In this document: piece after piece, positions 11,154 through 25,728 of the stretch
Position numbering within the stretch: the stretch's first letter is position 1
Layout: the number at the start of each line of letters is the position of its first letter
DNA from: Mytilus californianus
Taxonomy: Eukaryota
DNA: 64,000 bases
Reading direction: 5' to 3'
Assembly: GCF_021869535.1 (NCBI RefSeq)
Contig: NW_026262701.1
Coordinates: 35,960,001 to 36,024,000 of the forward strand
Notes under the pieces: model-generated
The model's input: the letters and a program-made list of their open reading frames with translations, nothing else
Databases searched by the model: none
What the model was told of the DNA's origin: nothing
Position numbers and translations under genes: made by a program

Positions 11154-14100
11154 AGCTACAAACACAAGAGTTATTTATTGTCGTTATAAACCGAACAGCA
11201 GTTTTAAATTTGATTCTTGCAGTTAGCAGTAGTGTTTCCACAAAATCAAAGGTGCAAATTAATTATAAACAAAAGTGTCTGTCAATGTTGTCCTAACTCC
11301 CCATGTCTTAATACGAGAGGCTAATTTTCAATATAAAACATTAAACTGGCATTTACTTTTATTGCATTGAATTTTTTTTTACTTACTTTATATTTAATAC
11401 AATGCAGTGTTGCAATTATCTTAACCTGCACTTAAAAGTCAGATGTATTTGTACAAAATAATTTTTATTAGAAATATTGAGGAAATGACATTACTGTTAA
11501 TAACGACACCTGCAAAAGCTTTTAAATAACTTTTTGCCCATTAACCTATAAAGCGGTAAATCGTTTTTGTTAAATCATATACATCCGTTTAAACTGTCGT
11601 ACTCGATGGCATAGAATTATCAAATTGAAGGCATTTAGAGACGAAGACGAAATATATTTTAATGTCATATTTTAAAATTACAGGATGATTGATGGTAACG
11701 TCTTTTTTATTAACCTAATAGGTACTATTTATACGAAAGGCTACAGGTAACAAAACTAAAAGATACATTAGTATAATGTAACAAGAAATTGACTGATTAT
11801 AGTTTTTCTTTAAAAATTACAGCATTAACAGGTGTCATCTAAAAAAGATTGATCTATTACAACTTATAATTTTCGGATTCAATAAGTGGGAGCAATAAAA
11901 ATCTGTCTGGATATTTAGGCGAGTGAATGATTACAATGCAAGCAAATTAATCATTTCACAAAGAGGAAATATTGGTTTATAGACTAAGTTTAAGGAAAGG
12001 CATCTTGTCATCCAAGTTGGCAGAGGAGATCTTCAATAGGCCAAAAGTAACTGAAAAGACTAATGTCGGATAATGTACAAAGATTGTGGAAATGATTAGT
12101 TACTACTTGTAGCTACAGTTCTGTCAATTAAAATGTTAAACGACAGTTTATCCAACCTACACATTTTGCAATAAAGATATGTAGAAATAATTTCTGTGGA
12201 TTTGCCAATTCTAGAGGTCCTGGTGACTTTCATAGCTTAAGCTACGTTCCTGAACAAAAGGAGTTAATAAAATGTCCTTGTATGAATATATTAAAATAAG
12301 GCGATGTGGTATGATTTTCAGTGAGATAACTATACACCAGAGATCAAATGGCGTGCATGGAAATGGCAAATATAAGTTACCCGTACGTTTGATGCAACAC
12401 TTGTGACAAAATTTGAAAAATAAAGTACGTTTATAAAGAAAAAAATATGCGCAAATATTTCCCTATTAAATTCCAAGAAAGTAACCTTTTAAACTTTTTC
12501 TTCTGATAATTGCCAATTAAAGTTAATTACAGAAAAGTAAGGTTACAATAATCTTAATAGAAAATAACCTTTTAACCTTTTTCTTCAGCTGATAATTGCT
12601 AATAAAAAATAAAGTTAAAATAAATAATTTAGACATTGTGACTTTACCGTATGACAGAATCAAGTGAACCTCAAAATGAAATTTTCTATCTATAGCAAAT
12701 AATACAAACTAATATTATTGTTAATTGCTGGGCAATCGGTAGGCAAAACTAAGTACAAGATTATGTAAACAACTTATGCATCAGACAATACATTAAAATA
12801 TTGATATTATGGATATACAGGAGTTTCTAACCACATAAATCTTGTACATGTTCACCGTCAGAACGTGACAGGCATGTGATATGTTAACAATGTGCATTAT
12901 ATTCGCCACATCAAAGGAAAAGACAACTTATATGCACTTTTTCTATTTGCATAATGCACTTTGCTGGTTGTTAAGTCTTCAATTTTGATTTATGATCACG
13001 GTAGTAATGTTCCTTACTTAAATATCAATTATAGTGCTGCAAGTAGATGTCTATAAAATATGTATATATATGTAAACAATGCACTTGCTGAATGTGCGGA
13101 TTAAAAAAATGTTTAGAAAAAAGTTTATTTGCATATTTGCATTTAATATCATATAATACGCATAATTTTGAGTGTAATTACATGTGAGAAGACACACAAA
13201 GTTTTCTAGAAATGAATTGATATATATTTTCGGTAAACTTGTGGTGTAGTTGTTTTATTTTTGTTTGTTTGCTTCGTTTAATTAAAGGAAATACAACAAT
13301 GCAGCGATTCAACAAAACCACAAACACAAATTTCCACGAGTTTTGTCTTTGATTGTTCAAAATCCGGCACAATTTCACTTATTTCAAAGTGATGCCAATA
13401 AGAACCAAAATGTAAATGAAAAGTGACACATAAAACAATTCTTTTTAGAATTTATGATGCGAGTCTTAACAACGAATGAAAGATAAGGTGTGAAAAATTT
13501 TACTGCAATAGCGTTTGCGTATATGATCATCGGTATATTGAAAACAATCTTTCTTGAGGATGTTTTATTAAGATGTTTACTCATTGTTGACTAACACAGG
13601 CCTTTTACCCGTATCGGTCCATCTCACTCCTACAATATCACTATATCTATAATAAATATTACTACTTGTTACAGAAGTTTGCATCAAACCAACATTGCAA
13701 TCCTCTGATTTAGACCCCGTGGCTATTATTGATGATGTCAGGCCTGCTTTAGACAACTGAAATTGATCCAGTGTAACCTAGCCGAGCAATGACACACATC
13801 TTCATGGCCCTCGGATAAAATAACAAAAATATTGTGTGAAGAATAGGGTTGTCATGTAAATTATGTATTTACATATAAAGTTGTTAAATTTTATTGATTT
13901 AAGGTATCATTTTATTTAAGAATAATTGCAAGTTTAAAATCAAGTCATGGACCTTTAAAATATATTCATAGTGTTTTCACAGATAATAAAAATCGAAGGT
14001 TAAATCGGCATTAATGATACGTGACGTCGACGTTTTAATTTGAATTTCCTCTCTTTATTATAACATTTACAAAAAGATGTTTTTTCTCATTAAATACATA

Positions 14101-17100
14101 AATATTGTGAAAAGATCAGTTTATTACAGTAAGAACATAATAAATAAGCGAATTTCTATAGAATGAATATGTATATTAAATAATATACCGAATCATTAAT
14201 CAATCTGTATAGCTCAAGACTTAAAAAACTTTTTCACGTAATTTCTCGTTTAAAAGTGAGAATATTTCTGTCGGCAAGTATAACCTGATACCTACAAGGC
14301 CATATCTATGCAGTAAATAAATATTGTCCCTGTTCTCTTGAAATCTACGCCTATCTGTATAAAATTTCAACGATCCTATTTAAATCCTTGAAAATGGATC
14401 ATCCAAAGAGATCAATAAAACGAATCAGAACACTACTTGTAATTCAAAAATCTCCTTTGAATTTTAAGAAACGAGACGTGAAAATAATCTGCCTGTTCGT
14501 TAAATGTAAACATTGTATCTTTCAGCTTATTTTTTCAAAGTTTAAACAGTTAGCTTTTATTTACTTATCAGTTTTGAACGAAGGTTGAAGATTTAAGATA
14601 ACAAAAGGAACATTTAAAATGGACTTTAATAACGACCAAACAAGCTTAATTTATGGTTGCCGCGTTTTTCAGCCCATTACTTCTGCGCTTGACCCACAAA
14701 AAGTAAATTGAACGCCAAGATTGATATCTTTTATCTATAGTACATGACGATACATCTTAAAAATTATACAATACAAAAGGGATACATAGTATATAAAGCA
14801 AATGTTTTAGTCTGCGAACAATATATTGAAATATGATAATTGCCTCGGCACTGAATAAAATGTAGTTCAGATTCGATTTGGATATTTCTGAAGTAAAAGT
14901 CCAATTGTCTATTACGGTGATTTCAGTTGCCACATAAATTTGTCAACGGTTGTCTTACATTGTCTTATGTGATATTAAAAAGTTACCTAAAAAATTTAAT
15001 AAGATATCAAGAAAACAATACAAAATATAAATTTGATGTGTGAGTGTAAAACACTTTGCACATAGAAAAGGAACAATTACCCTGGTTGTTTACTCAGGTT
15101 CTAAAGAAGGGTGTGCATTTCCTGCTCCGGTAATGACACCTGTCGTGTTGTTCATAACATGTAAAATTCTATAATAACTCATGAACGGAGAAAGAAAGAC
15201 CTGATAGTTGCCATGATTTTACATATCAAAGGTTCATTCGCACTTTCGTACAGTTCAACCATGTGACTGTCTCAATTTCAAAATAAATCTATATTTTCTT
15301 ATTGCAAATATTAACGATGAGTACCACATTTAGACAAGTCATGAATCTTCTAAATTATTTACTAAATAAATAATAAATTGCAGAACGTCATAAATTATTT
15401 CCACCTGTTACATCAATATATTGTATTGTATATACATCTATATAGAAAAATTAAGTATCTGAGTCGAATATAATTTCAACACCAATGGTTCCTAGGTTCT
15501 GAAATTTAGTCTTTATATAATTTGTCCAATACACTAGCGTGGCGGGCGTGCGGCCTCCCCTAAAATTATCAAAGCATGGGTAGTCCTCAGCTTATTAAAG
15601 AATATTTCGATAATTTTACCTAAAAAAAATATTTAAGTTTGTGCCCCCCCCCTAACCTAAAATCCTGGATCCACCCCTGCACTAGGCAGGGCCTATAGGT
15701 GTTGGCACGAATTACAAGATACAGATAGAAGAACTGAGTACAATGTACATTATTAAACGATACGAAATAAAACTGTACTTTTAAGTACATGGAGCTTGCC
15801 TTCAGTATAACTTAACATAGTTTGATATAGTATCAATGTACTGTATTTATTGCGCTGTGTTTTCGGTGATTTTGTTCTGGTTTCTTTTTATTGTACCTTT
15901 TTAATTCTTTCTTTCCTAATAGATCGCGATTAAGGGTTGATAATGAGTACCCACAAAACTAAGCTAATCTTGCCACACATTACTGAACAATTTTTGAATG
16001 GGCCATACCCAATTAATAATTAGCCCATAATTCCTGTTATTTATTTTTGATTGAAATCAAAAGTAATAAATTGCATTTCAGACGAAGGGACCTCGAGATA
16101 ACGATGAAACGTTGTCGAGTTCAGTGTGTTCGAATCACTAATGCTGGGTCGATACAATTGCGAGTTGACTACGTATATAAGTTCCAGGTGGATTATGAAA
16201 CCAAGTGGTCAGTGTTTAATTACACAGCTTTTCATCAAATCTCTTTTGAGTTTTTTTTCAAATTTAACAAAAATTGCATAATAAGGGTGAACCTCGTATT
16301 GGTTCCTTTTTGGATATAGAACTACCTTCTTGAATGCTTCCCATATGAACGTTTAAAATAATTGACATAAGGAAGTTTTAGTTGTGTCAAATGTATCTAT
16401 GTGTTTTATGTTAACAGTGTTTTATTGTATGCATACACCTAAAAACCTTCGCTTTTCGCCTAAAACACATCTCTTTTCATTCAAATCAACTATAAGCTAA
16501 GATAAACACTCTCAGTGTACGAGGAGAATAAAAAAAAAAGATAACCGTACAACGAATGACATAAATACAAACGTCGAAATGAAATCAATACATCTGAAGT
16601 CTTTGTATTGTACCGGGTATCCAGACCTAAAGATGATTTTCAATATTTCAATAGCAATTAACCCAACAATCATTTTAACGCTTTAGTCAATAACGATGGT
16701 ACAATGATTGTCAGATGGTTTCCTTGTTGGACTGTTTTCTGTGTTTTTGTCCTTATAGTTATCTTGTCATCTTACTAGAAGTACATCACCATTAACTAAA
16801 AATAAGGTTTGTCACTTCTTATCGCTTAAACCAAAATAGGACTCATCTTATTTTAGGTAATTCGGTAAAAACATGAAATTTTCTCGAAAGATAAGAAATA
16901 ATTGATTTATCACATGCAGCTTGAACAGTCACAGAATGAAACAAGCAGTGAAATGTATTAAGACCTCCGTGGAGTTAGGAAAAAATAATTTATAAAAACA
17001 TGTTAGAGAATACCACAGCAGGATGGATTATTCAATATCTATGGAAGAAAAGAACTGCAGCAGACTGAACAGAAAAAAAAACCCTTGTAGTAATCAATGT

Positions 17101-19173
17101 TAAAATCTGAGTTTTCATTAAGATATAAAAAGTCAATTAATATAGCTACACAACTATGATACAAGTCATGTTGGCAAGGGAAAATATTTATTATATCATT
17201 TTAAATTAAATCTTTTTATATTCCATAAAGAGACATAATAAAAAATATAAAGCTATCAGATACAGCCTGGAAATTAATAATGCATTTTATTTTAGAAAAA
17301 AAGCATCCCGAATTTATATGAAACATATGATATGTCATAAAATTTCTACATCTGCTGCAGGGTGACAGGTCGTGTGAATCCAGCCATATACACACAGTTT
17401 GTAACACAATTACACATGTAACATGTGTGTTAATAGTTTCTGTATGTCCAAAATTAATTTGTTTGTTATATAAATGATATAAATGTCTTATTAGTATAAC
17501 AAAGATTGTCTGATATACCCTATAGTTAAGGAGCATGTCGACCTTGTTATATTATATTGTGAGATGATTTTATTCAATTGAACTTGCATGTATTTTTTTC
17601 TTTAGAAGTTATTTGATTTTAAGGTGTTCTTCTAGAATTAAAAAAAATATGTAATTGTAAATATTAAAGTCAACAAAAATAACATAAAAAACATGGGACT
17701 GTGATATCCAGTAGATGTTTACATTTTTGTCCTCTGGTCTTTGTGGTAAAGTTGTCTTGTCCTTATTTTTTATATTGCATATTGAAATAAAAATGGATCA
17801 CATCATCATTGACCCCAATAACCTTACAGACGGAGACCATAAGGCCCAGAAAAGAATTCCACCAGTGCAATGACTGTATGCCATATTGAAACTGGTATTA
17901 AAAAGTGTCAAGCTTAAAACAACCAATTCTAGATGAACCAATAGATCTCAAATTCTACTGGATTAAATTTTAACAATTAGTAAATAGATTTTCCTGATTT
18001 TTATGTCCATAACCATACTCCTTGGTCCCAAAAACCTTTCAATGTAACTCCCCATACAAATCAACACTTTTAACGATGACTTTCATGTCAAAGGTTAAAA
18101 CAAACATCGTACGGTGGCCTACATCCTCTTCATTTGAACTTTGGTGGTAAGTTGTCTCATTGACAATCTTACCACATCCCTGTTTTTATATTGTCATCAT
18201 TTCCAAGTAAATATCTAATGAAGGCAGATAATTTTTCCTTAATTATTAGAAATTGAGTCAATTGGTTTGGATAGTATTGCAGTCTGCGCAGGAATCTTAA
18301 ATCTTCAATAAAAAAGTATGAAAAAAAATAACGAACTCAAAGGAGAGTTAAAAAAAGGGGAGAGTCCATCAAACCTTACAAAAACTAAAGGACAACCTTT
18401 AAGGTAAAAAGGTATTTACAAAAATCATCTTAAAAAGATTTAAGGTTTGTCTCAACATGGCTTCAGGGATTTGTTCAGGTACTATGAATGAAACATTGGA
18501 GTTGTCACTATTTTCACACAGGTTTGAATACATACATGGAGAAAACTGATACAAGTTGAAATCTGTCTGAATTACCAAACGTGACAATAACAAAAGACTA
18601 CTACATTAACTTATAGACTAAAGAACTGCTTGATTTGTTATAGGTTTATATAGAGTATACAAGAGATTATAAACTATATACAAAATGAAATTATTGTTGA
18701 TTTTGTATCAATAATGTCTGTATAGATTGAAAAATGGAAACTTATTTCCCAGTGTTAAAAAGAACGAATGGAATTTTATGAGCAACGGAATAATTAATAT
18801 TGACATTAAAATGTTTTCAGACAACTTATACTGTTAACAGAATAAAATCATTCTTACGATCAATCGCCGATGATTCTTATAAACACTATCATCTGAGAAA
18901 CAGTTAAATTATTAAAAAATTACGAAGAGGAAGGAAGGAAGACCCTATCGTTAACGTAATGACAACAAACTAATAATTATATTTTAAGTTAATTAAAATT
19001 TCCTTGTGTGTTGGATAGATGATGAACTAACATAAAACCACACACAGCCTGGATACATACCTTTTTAGATTCTATATTGAGATCCATATGACATCTTTAA
19101 AGTTTTCTCAAAATGTAATCCTTAAGACATCAAGATTGAATGCTTATACCGTTAAGGTGTTGAAATTTAACTC

Positions 19174-19316
19174 GACAGGTAAAAATCTAAACATGCACAC
19201 CTGAGTTTAGGATAAAAGCATATTAAATAGGCGGAGCTAAATGACATTTATATGACCAATCAGCCCGAGGCTTTCAAACCAACATATAAAGCGTCAATAC
19301 TGCACAAAAGTCATTC
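19174..19316 (+). promoter_or_regulatory. Promoter-like module S1: CAGGTA, GC box AGGCGGAG (19229), CCAATCAG (19256), GGCTTTCAA, TATAAA (19285), Inr TCATTC (19311)
   Basis: Canonical order of Pol II promoter elements, with 28 nt from TATA to the Inr A; homologous to the module at 50378-50460. Confidence 0.5.
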
Positions 19317-19652
19317 ATAAAATGTAAATACAGCTTCTGTGGAAAAAAAAAACAGCATAAAAATATAGTGTTACTTAACAGAATTTGAAAACAGATATTT
19401 GCCTATTCACAGCTAAATGGATTATAAATATAGTGGAATGAAATGTCATAAGTTATTGGCCTTGCTTCGTATGGAAGTCTATGAAAGGTTTAAATATGCA
19501 TTAACGTAAAAAAAACGAACCATGCAGGCATAAGAAAGAACCTTTCATTTTGTGAATTATTAAAGTGCAAATATCTATATGTGCAGCATCTAATTATATT
19601 TGTTCATAATTCAATTATGAATGATCATTTTTGACAACTTCTGACCGTAACT

Positions 19653-19840
19653 GATATTCTGAAACCTTAAGACATATTAATTCAGTGAACACACATTATT
19701 AAGATATAGTGCATAAACATAGAAGTTTCAATGATAAAATTTATTTGATATTCTAAAACCTTTAGACATATCAATTCAGTGAACAAACTTTATTAAGATA
19801 TATTGCATAAAAATAGAAGTGTCAATGGTAAAACTTTAAG
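19653..19840. repeat. Two-copy tandem duplication, 94-bp period
   Basis: gatattctgaaaccttaagac... at 19653 repeated at 19747. Confidence 0.8.
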
Positions 19841-20979
19841 TGCACACTATCAACAATTTATGGTGCTTGTAATTCACAATATGAAAATCATATTGAAAAT
19901 GTATGAAAATTTAATTCTGACATACCAAAATTTGTATTTGATAGGTTATATCGTCATTAAAAATACCAAAACCAAAAGTTTGAAAGCATAAAATGTGCCA
20001 CTTTACAAAATGAACATAAGATATAGTAAAAAGGTGAAAGGTAAGCTTTTTCTGAGAGAGTTGAAACCTTGCACTTTTTGTATTTACAAAACAAAAGATG
20101 CAATAAACCATGCCCGATTCAATTATCTGCTAAAGAGAGAGAGAGAAGATACAAACAGAGCTATCAAAAACCACAAGTCGAATTATAATAGCATCATGAT
20201 TAACAAAAAAGACTAAGAACAGTTCATAAAACACAGCATAGAGAACAAAATAATGATTGAGCAACTTTTTACACACTATCGGCTGCAGTTTTTTTCAGAG
20301 GGGTAATGCACAGTGCTTAAAATGATCTTATGCAATTCTCGAAGTAATGGCTGATACAGAAAATAAAATAAATGAATAATGTAGACGTGTTTCCAACTAT
20401 AAATAAAAGATTTCAACTAAAAAAAAAAAACATGCATACAATAATCAGCTCAATGTAACGCTTTTGGAAGATTTCACCTCATTAAGAAACGCGTTTGCTT
20501 TTAAATTGATATTGGCATAATAAATTTTAAAAATGGATATGTAAAAAAACAACTATTTTTCAAAAACTTGATCTATAAATTTCACAGTACACACTCTATG
20601 ACCGGTTATCGGTACGACAGTTGCAATATAATTCAATATAATGAATGTACAACACATATTAATATCTGTCGTAAACCTTTCCGAAATCCATTTCATTGTA
20701 TTGCAATGGCAATCGGAAACTCAGATAAAAATCTGCTGTACTCTCTAGGAATTTTATTAAAGATTTAAGATTTTTTTTAAATGGCTTTGGTGGAAGAACA
20801 ATATAAGGAAACTTGGTCGGTTTGTGAAAATATCTGTCAAGCGTTTGTTTCGATGGAACTTTATGTAGTTTAAATATATAACCAGAGTTTTATTTCAATT
20901 AGATTTCACAGGTTACAAAACCCCAAAAGAGGATCCATGAATACCCTTGTATATCAAATATGAATAACAAATGACCGAA

Positions 20980-21435
20980 GCCCCCAAGGGTGACTGGGGA
21001 ATAGAAGTACATCCCGCACAGCCAAACGGACGCCCCACTTTGGCACGGGTTTTACTGCCGGTCGGAGGAAGACCAATGGTGACCATACTTCTATTCATGC
21101 ATATTCAGGACGAGAACAAGTTCACAATACATACAATAGGTAGGTTCTGTAATAGATTAAGGGATTAAGGTCGGAGAAATTTAGACTGCCACGGGAAATG
21201 AGGGTATTTTGGATAGGGACAGAAATTTAGCCTTGCAACAGGTCACCTACGGACCACTCAAAGAGTTGTTGTAAGGGTTCTTAACGTGCAAAGAACGTGG
21301 CACTCTCTTTACACGAGGCATCGGAGTTAACGTCCCCATTCTGACCGGAGTATGTATTGTGAACTTGTTCTCGTCCTGAATATGCATGAAATATTTGCCA
21401 CTGAACGTTAAGCAATCAACAATCAATCAATCAAT
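20980..21435 (+). mobile_element. SINE-like retroposon with (CAAT)n tail, 12-bp TSD and two internal inversions
   Basis: TSD caaatgaccgaa at 20968-20979 and 21436-21447. The core GGGACGTTAA...GCACGTTAAGAACC resembles the Meta/MESC-type mollusc SINE core (from memory). Homologs at 44270-44560 and 46235-46660. Confidence 0.8.
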
Positions 21436-24242
21436 CAAATGACCGAAAAATCCGGCAAGTTAAATACTAGTAACTGTAAATTAAGGAGTGAATCAGTTGT
21501 GTCACAAACAGTATACATTTGAATGTAATTACAGAGGAGCATGCAATAAAAATGATAAACAAAATGACGTACTAAGTGTTATAATTTTTCTACACGCTTA
21601 TATATTCTTTAGTTTGATCTATCTAACTGAGCTCGAAAACACCAATTTGATTCAATGTGATGATTCAATTTGATGTTAATTCCAGATCATTGTACTAAGT
21701 AAATCTCAGATCAATGTATCCATAACTTGTCTAGATGATCAAGAGCTTGGCAGATTCTATTGGCACATATTGACCAATTTAGATATCTCTTTTTTGTTAA
21801 TAAGATACCTTCTTCTCCCTTTTAATCATTCGATGAGTATAAGGGTGTAATACACAACAGTTATGTTTCGAACTGGATCTAAACTTGCTGTCCAGTATAT
21901 GATACGGGGATTTGCGGAAACCCAAAATGGTGTTAAATGAGTTGTATCGACAGGGTAAGCATCTTTATTCTACGTCTTTACTAAATAATATATATAACAT
22001 ATACATGGTCATTGTATCATCTTTGAATCTGTATCGTAAATTGATAGCAACAGTGCTATAGACATAATTGATAATTTATTAATCACCAACAAGGTCAACT
22101 GAAACACCGATCTGAAAAGGGCGAACAAAAGTCAATCCATTATGTTCAGCCGTTCATTTGGTCGGGTTGTTGTCTCTTTGACACATTCTCCATTTCCATT
22201 CTCATTTTATTGAATTTTCAGACTTTTCAATTGCAGTTAATTCAATACTGCCCACAATGCTTGCATGCATTGCTTTAGTTTTCTGTATTGTATACCAATA
22301 AACATTTTAAAAAAGGAGGAAGGATCCACAAACACTACACAGAAATTTTAGATTAAGCAACACGAACCCCACAAATCAACTGGGGAATGAAATGATGTGC
22401 TGTGGATGATTAAGAAGTTCCTGCTTAACCAGTGAACAGGTCGTGCTCATTGCAATTGAACATTCGTACAGTTGACCAGTTGCAATCAGATACAGATATT
22501 CCACAACGGCCAATTAATTATGATGGCGTCTCATTCTGTACTTTACGTACTTTATTTACAATAAGGAAAAAATAAACAACAAAAAGATGAATTTGTTCAA
22601 TTGTACAGAAAGAATCAATTGTCTGCAAAATGTGTTTGTTGAAAGATTTAAAAACTGCTCTTAGTTGACTTTCAATGTTCTGCACAAAAATAAAAATTTC
22701 ACAAACTGCTTTATATATAGTCAAAACCTTAATTCTCTGGAATACAGTTAGTGTAATAATTAATCTTGGAAAGTTCAGCGTTTCGATGATATTCTGGCAT
22801 AGAAAATTTCTCAGAACACTTTGGCGACGCAGTAAATAAAGAAGACGTTGGCTCTGGTATCAGACTGATATATGAGGTCTAAATACTCACTAAAAGGAAG
22901 ACCATGCATATATCCTTGCATAGGTTTCACTACAATAAGTTAGGTTTTCCGTTTTGCCATTAACTTCTGTATTTGGAACAACATCTACAAGTATTTCAGT
23001 TTTTCCCTGAAATTCAGCTGCGTCAAAAACTTAAAAATCCGAGGTTGCTCTTTGCTCGTAAAGGAGTTTTCCGTCGGTAATTGCGTGTTTAAATTTTAAT
23101 TCTTATTCAAAACTGATATAGATGATGAAAATAACCCTTTTTTTAAATTTGGTGTGTTCTAAGTGCTTTATACATGTCTTACCTGCACCAGAAACGCTCA
23201 AAATCTAAAAAAAAGTATAACAAAAATACTAACTCCAAGTCAAATTCAAAAAGGGAAAGTCCATAAAAACTGACAAAATCAAACGCTATCAATCAGCGGA
23301 TCAAATGAAAAAAAAAAACAACTGCCATTTTCCTGACTTTGGTACAAGCATTTTCCGAAGAAAATAGTGGGTTAAACCTGGTTTTATAGCTAGCTAAACC
23401 TCCCATTTGTAAACTTAGAAAGCCAAGGAATTATGAATACTTGAATACTTGAAGCGCTATGTGACTAAAAGAAATATAAAAATAACTGCCACATCCATCT
23501 TAGGTGGTCGTATGGAGTTGCAACCTTATTTTCTTAATATTTTCTATTACCAACGGATGATTTGATAATGGCCTGTTATAAAACATGTCAGTACCGAAGC
23601 ACTGACTACTGATCTGATGATACCCTTGGAAAATAACAGTTAATCAACATCAATATCGACCTATGGCTAGAAAAAAGAAATACATTTTTAAAATTTGGTA
23701 CTGTCATCAGGATCGCTCAAATCAAAAGAATTAAAAGTTAAAAATGAATAAATACTTCAACACTTGATTATATATATGATATGTATATATAAAGAATATC
23801 GAAAACCTATAGGTTAAGTTTAGGCTTTGATGGCATTGAAATGTAAAGATTACCCAGTTTATGAGTACTAACAAATGGAATGAGAGTACCCTTCTCTATG
23901 TACTCTGAACTTGTTCCTTCATACAGTGTACAGATTTTTCCTTCTGTATGCATATGTTTAAAAGAGCTTTAAAATTTTTATTCCTTTTGATGTCTGACCT
24001 CGTTCAAACAATTCAAGGATTCAGTCTATACACCTCATGGAAACAAACACGTTTTTATGTATATGTATATCTAGAATAAATAAGACCGATTGGGTCTTGC
24101 TGTGTACCTCTTTTTCCAGGCCTGCTCCTATACGGTTATGAATCACAGTTAATGGCTTTCTTCATTGAGACAAAATGAAACACTATTAGATACACATTTT
24201 CAGCAATATATACCTGTTGATATTTAGACGACATATTCTCTG

Positions 24243-25103
24243 TAAAAGAGGGAGTGACGGGACGAAAGATACCAGAGGGACAGTCAAACTCATAGATCGA
24301 AAACAAACTGACAACGCCATGGCCAAAAATAAAAAGACAAACAGACAAATAATAGTACAGATGACACAACATAGAAAATTAAAGACTAGGCAACACGAAC
24401 CCCACCAAAAACTGGGGGTGATCTCAGGTGCTCCGGAAGGGTAAGCAGATCCTGCTCCACATGTGGCACCCGTCGTGTTGCTTATGTTAATACAAATCCG
24501 GTAAATAGTATAATTCGATAGGTCACATTCGTGAAAAGGGAAGGGTATTGTAGTTACACGACATAAGGAACATATCCGATATCATCTGTGAAACGGTTAT
24601 TCCATAACGGTCAACCAACTCTTGATGGCATCCGTAAAATTTACGAAGGGATGATTTCAACTTCACCATTTGGATCTCTTGGTTTAATAGCTTCCTTGTG
24701 AGCAGCAATCCTCTATCAAGGAAATCATGATAGGAAATACAAGCCCGGGAATATCGTATCAATTGGGAGATATATACTCCGTATGCAGGCGCTGCTGGAA
24801 TGTTGCTACATAGAAATGGAAAGTTCACAATTGGAAAGCTGAAATCATCTCTTTTGTCGTAAAGTTTTGTTTTCAACCGACCCTCATTGTCAATTTCTAG
24901 ATGTAAGTTAAGATATGAGGCAGACTTAACTGTATCTGTAGTATCCTTTATCTCTAGTTCGATGGGATAGATTCGTTCAACATAGTCACCAATTTTTGTA
25001 TTATTTAGTGAGAGAACATCATCTATATGGCGGAAGGTAAAGTTAAAGGATATTGCTAACTTCTTATCTTTCTTCCTAAGAAGTTCCTGTATGAAGTCAG
25101 CCT
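24243..25103 (-). mobile_element. 5'-truncated Penelope-like retroelement (RT C-terminal half plus 3' UTR)
   Basis: Open frame reading FNFTFRHIDDVLSLNN...KTKLYDKRDDFSFPIVNFPFLCSNIPAAPAYGVYISQLIRYSRAC...LRKFYG; RT catalytic motif F-R-(Y>H)-I-D-D. PLE (possibly Naiad-type) assignment is from recalled family motifs. Confidence 0.8.
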
Positions 25104-25246
25104 ATAATAATCAAGATGTTTTTAAATATACAAATGATTTATGCAAAATCAAATCGTTCGGACATAAACCAACACGAAAAGGATGGTTGTCTTTTTCACA
25201 CCTTGACAGAATTTCTCATGGTTATCGTCAGACCAGGTTAGGCGAA

Positions 25247-25537
25247 GGTGGGGTTCGTGTTGTTCAGTCTTTAGTTTTCTATGTTGTGTTTTGTATACTG
25301 TTGTTTGTCTTTTAGTCTTTTTTTTTTTTGATTTTTTGCCATGGCGTTGTCGGTTTATTTTCGACTTATGAGTTTGGATGTCCCTCTGATTTTCGCCTCT
25401 CTTATATGATAAACGGGACTACATTTCCTTTTCAATTGTTAACTTTCCTTTTTGATGGTGATGTTTTCATGGTTCCTTTCTATGAAGAGTACATTTCGCA
25501 ATTGATTCGATATGTTAGTGTTTGCAGTCACGTTTAA
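25247..25537 (+). mobile_element. Older Penelope-like fragment: 3' UTR copy followed by RT thumb remnant
   Basis: 25247-25404 is an inverted, clearly diverged copy of 24243-24416; then YDKRDYISFSIVNFPF...YISQLIRY. Confidence 0.7.
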
Positions 25538-25728
25538 ATGAACGTTACTGTTCATTACTATTACCTTTTTACGAGAGGAACAAAATAAATATCAAAATAT
25601 TAAGAATAAGCCGAAACTTCTACAAATTATAGGCAACACGTGTTGAAGGCCTCACTGTGACATGGAGATAAGAGCATCCTTTGCTTTTTGCGTGTTTTTG
25701 CTGTACATGCACTGATTTTGTGTCATAG

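Noticed and set aside
11239-11252. TCF-like ATCAAAG sites and a shared cacaaaatcaaa 12-mer near both TATA boxes (also 58700 and 58819)
   Set aside because: AT-rich motifs that occur several times elsewhere in the window; opposite relative orientation; post hoc.
16047-16319. 90-aa ORF over a CpG-richer patch with an acceptor-like ttgcatttcAG
   Set aside because: No recognisable motif, weak donor and no partner exons; cannot be supported without expression data.
20980-21010. tRNA gene or tRNA-derived head for the SINE-like family
   Set aside because: No A/B box or cloverleaf discernible; copies appear 5'-truncated.
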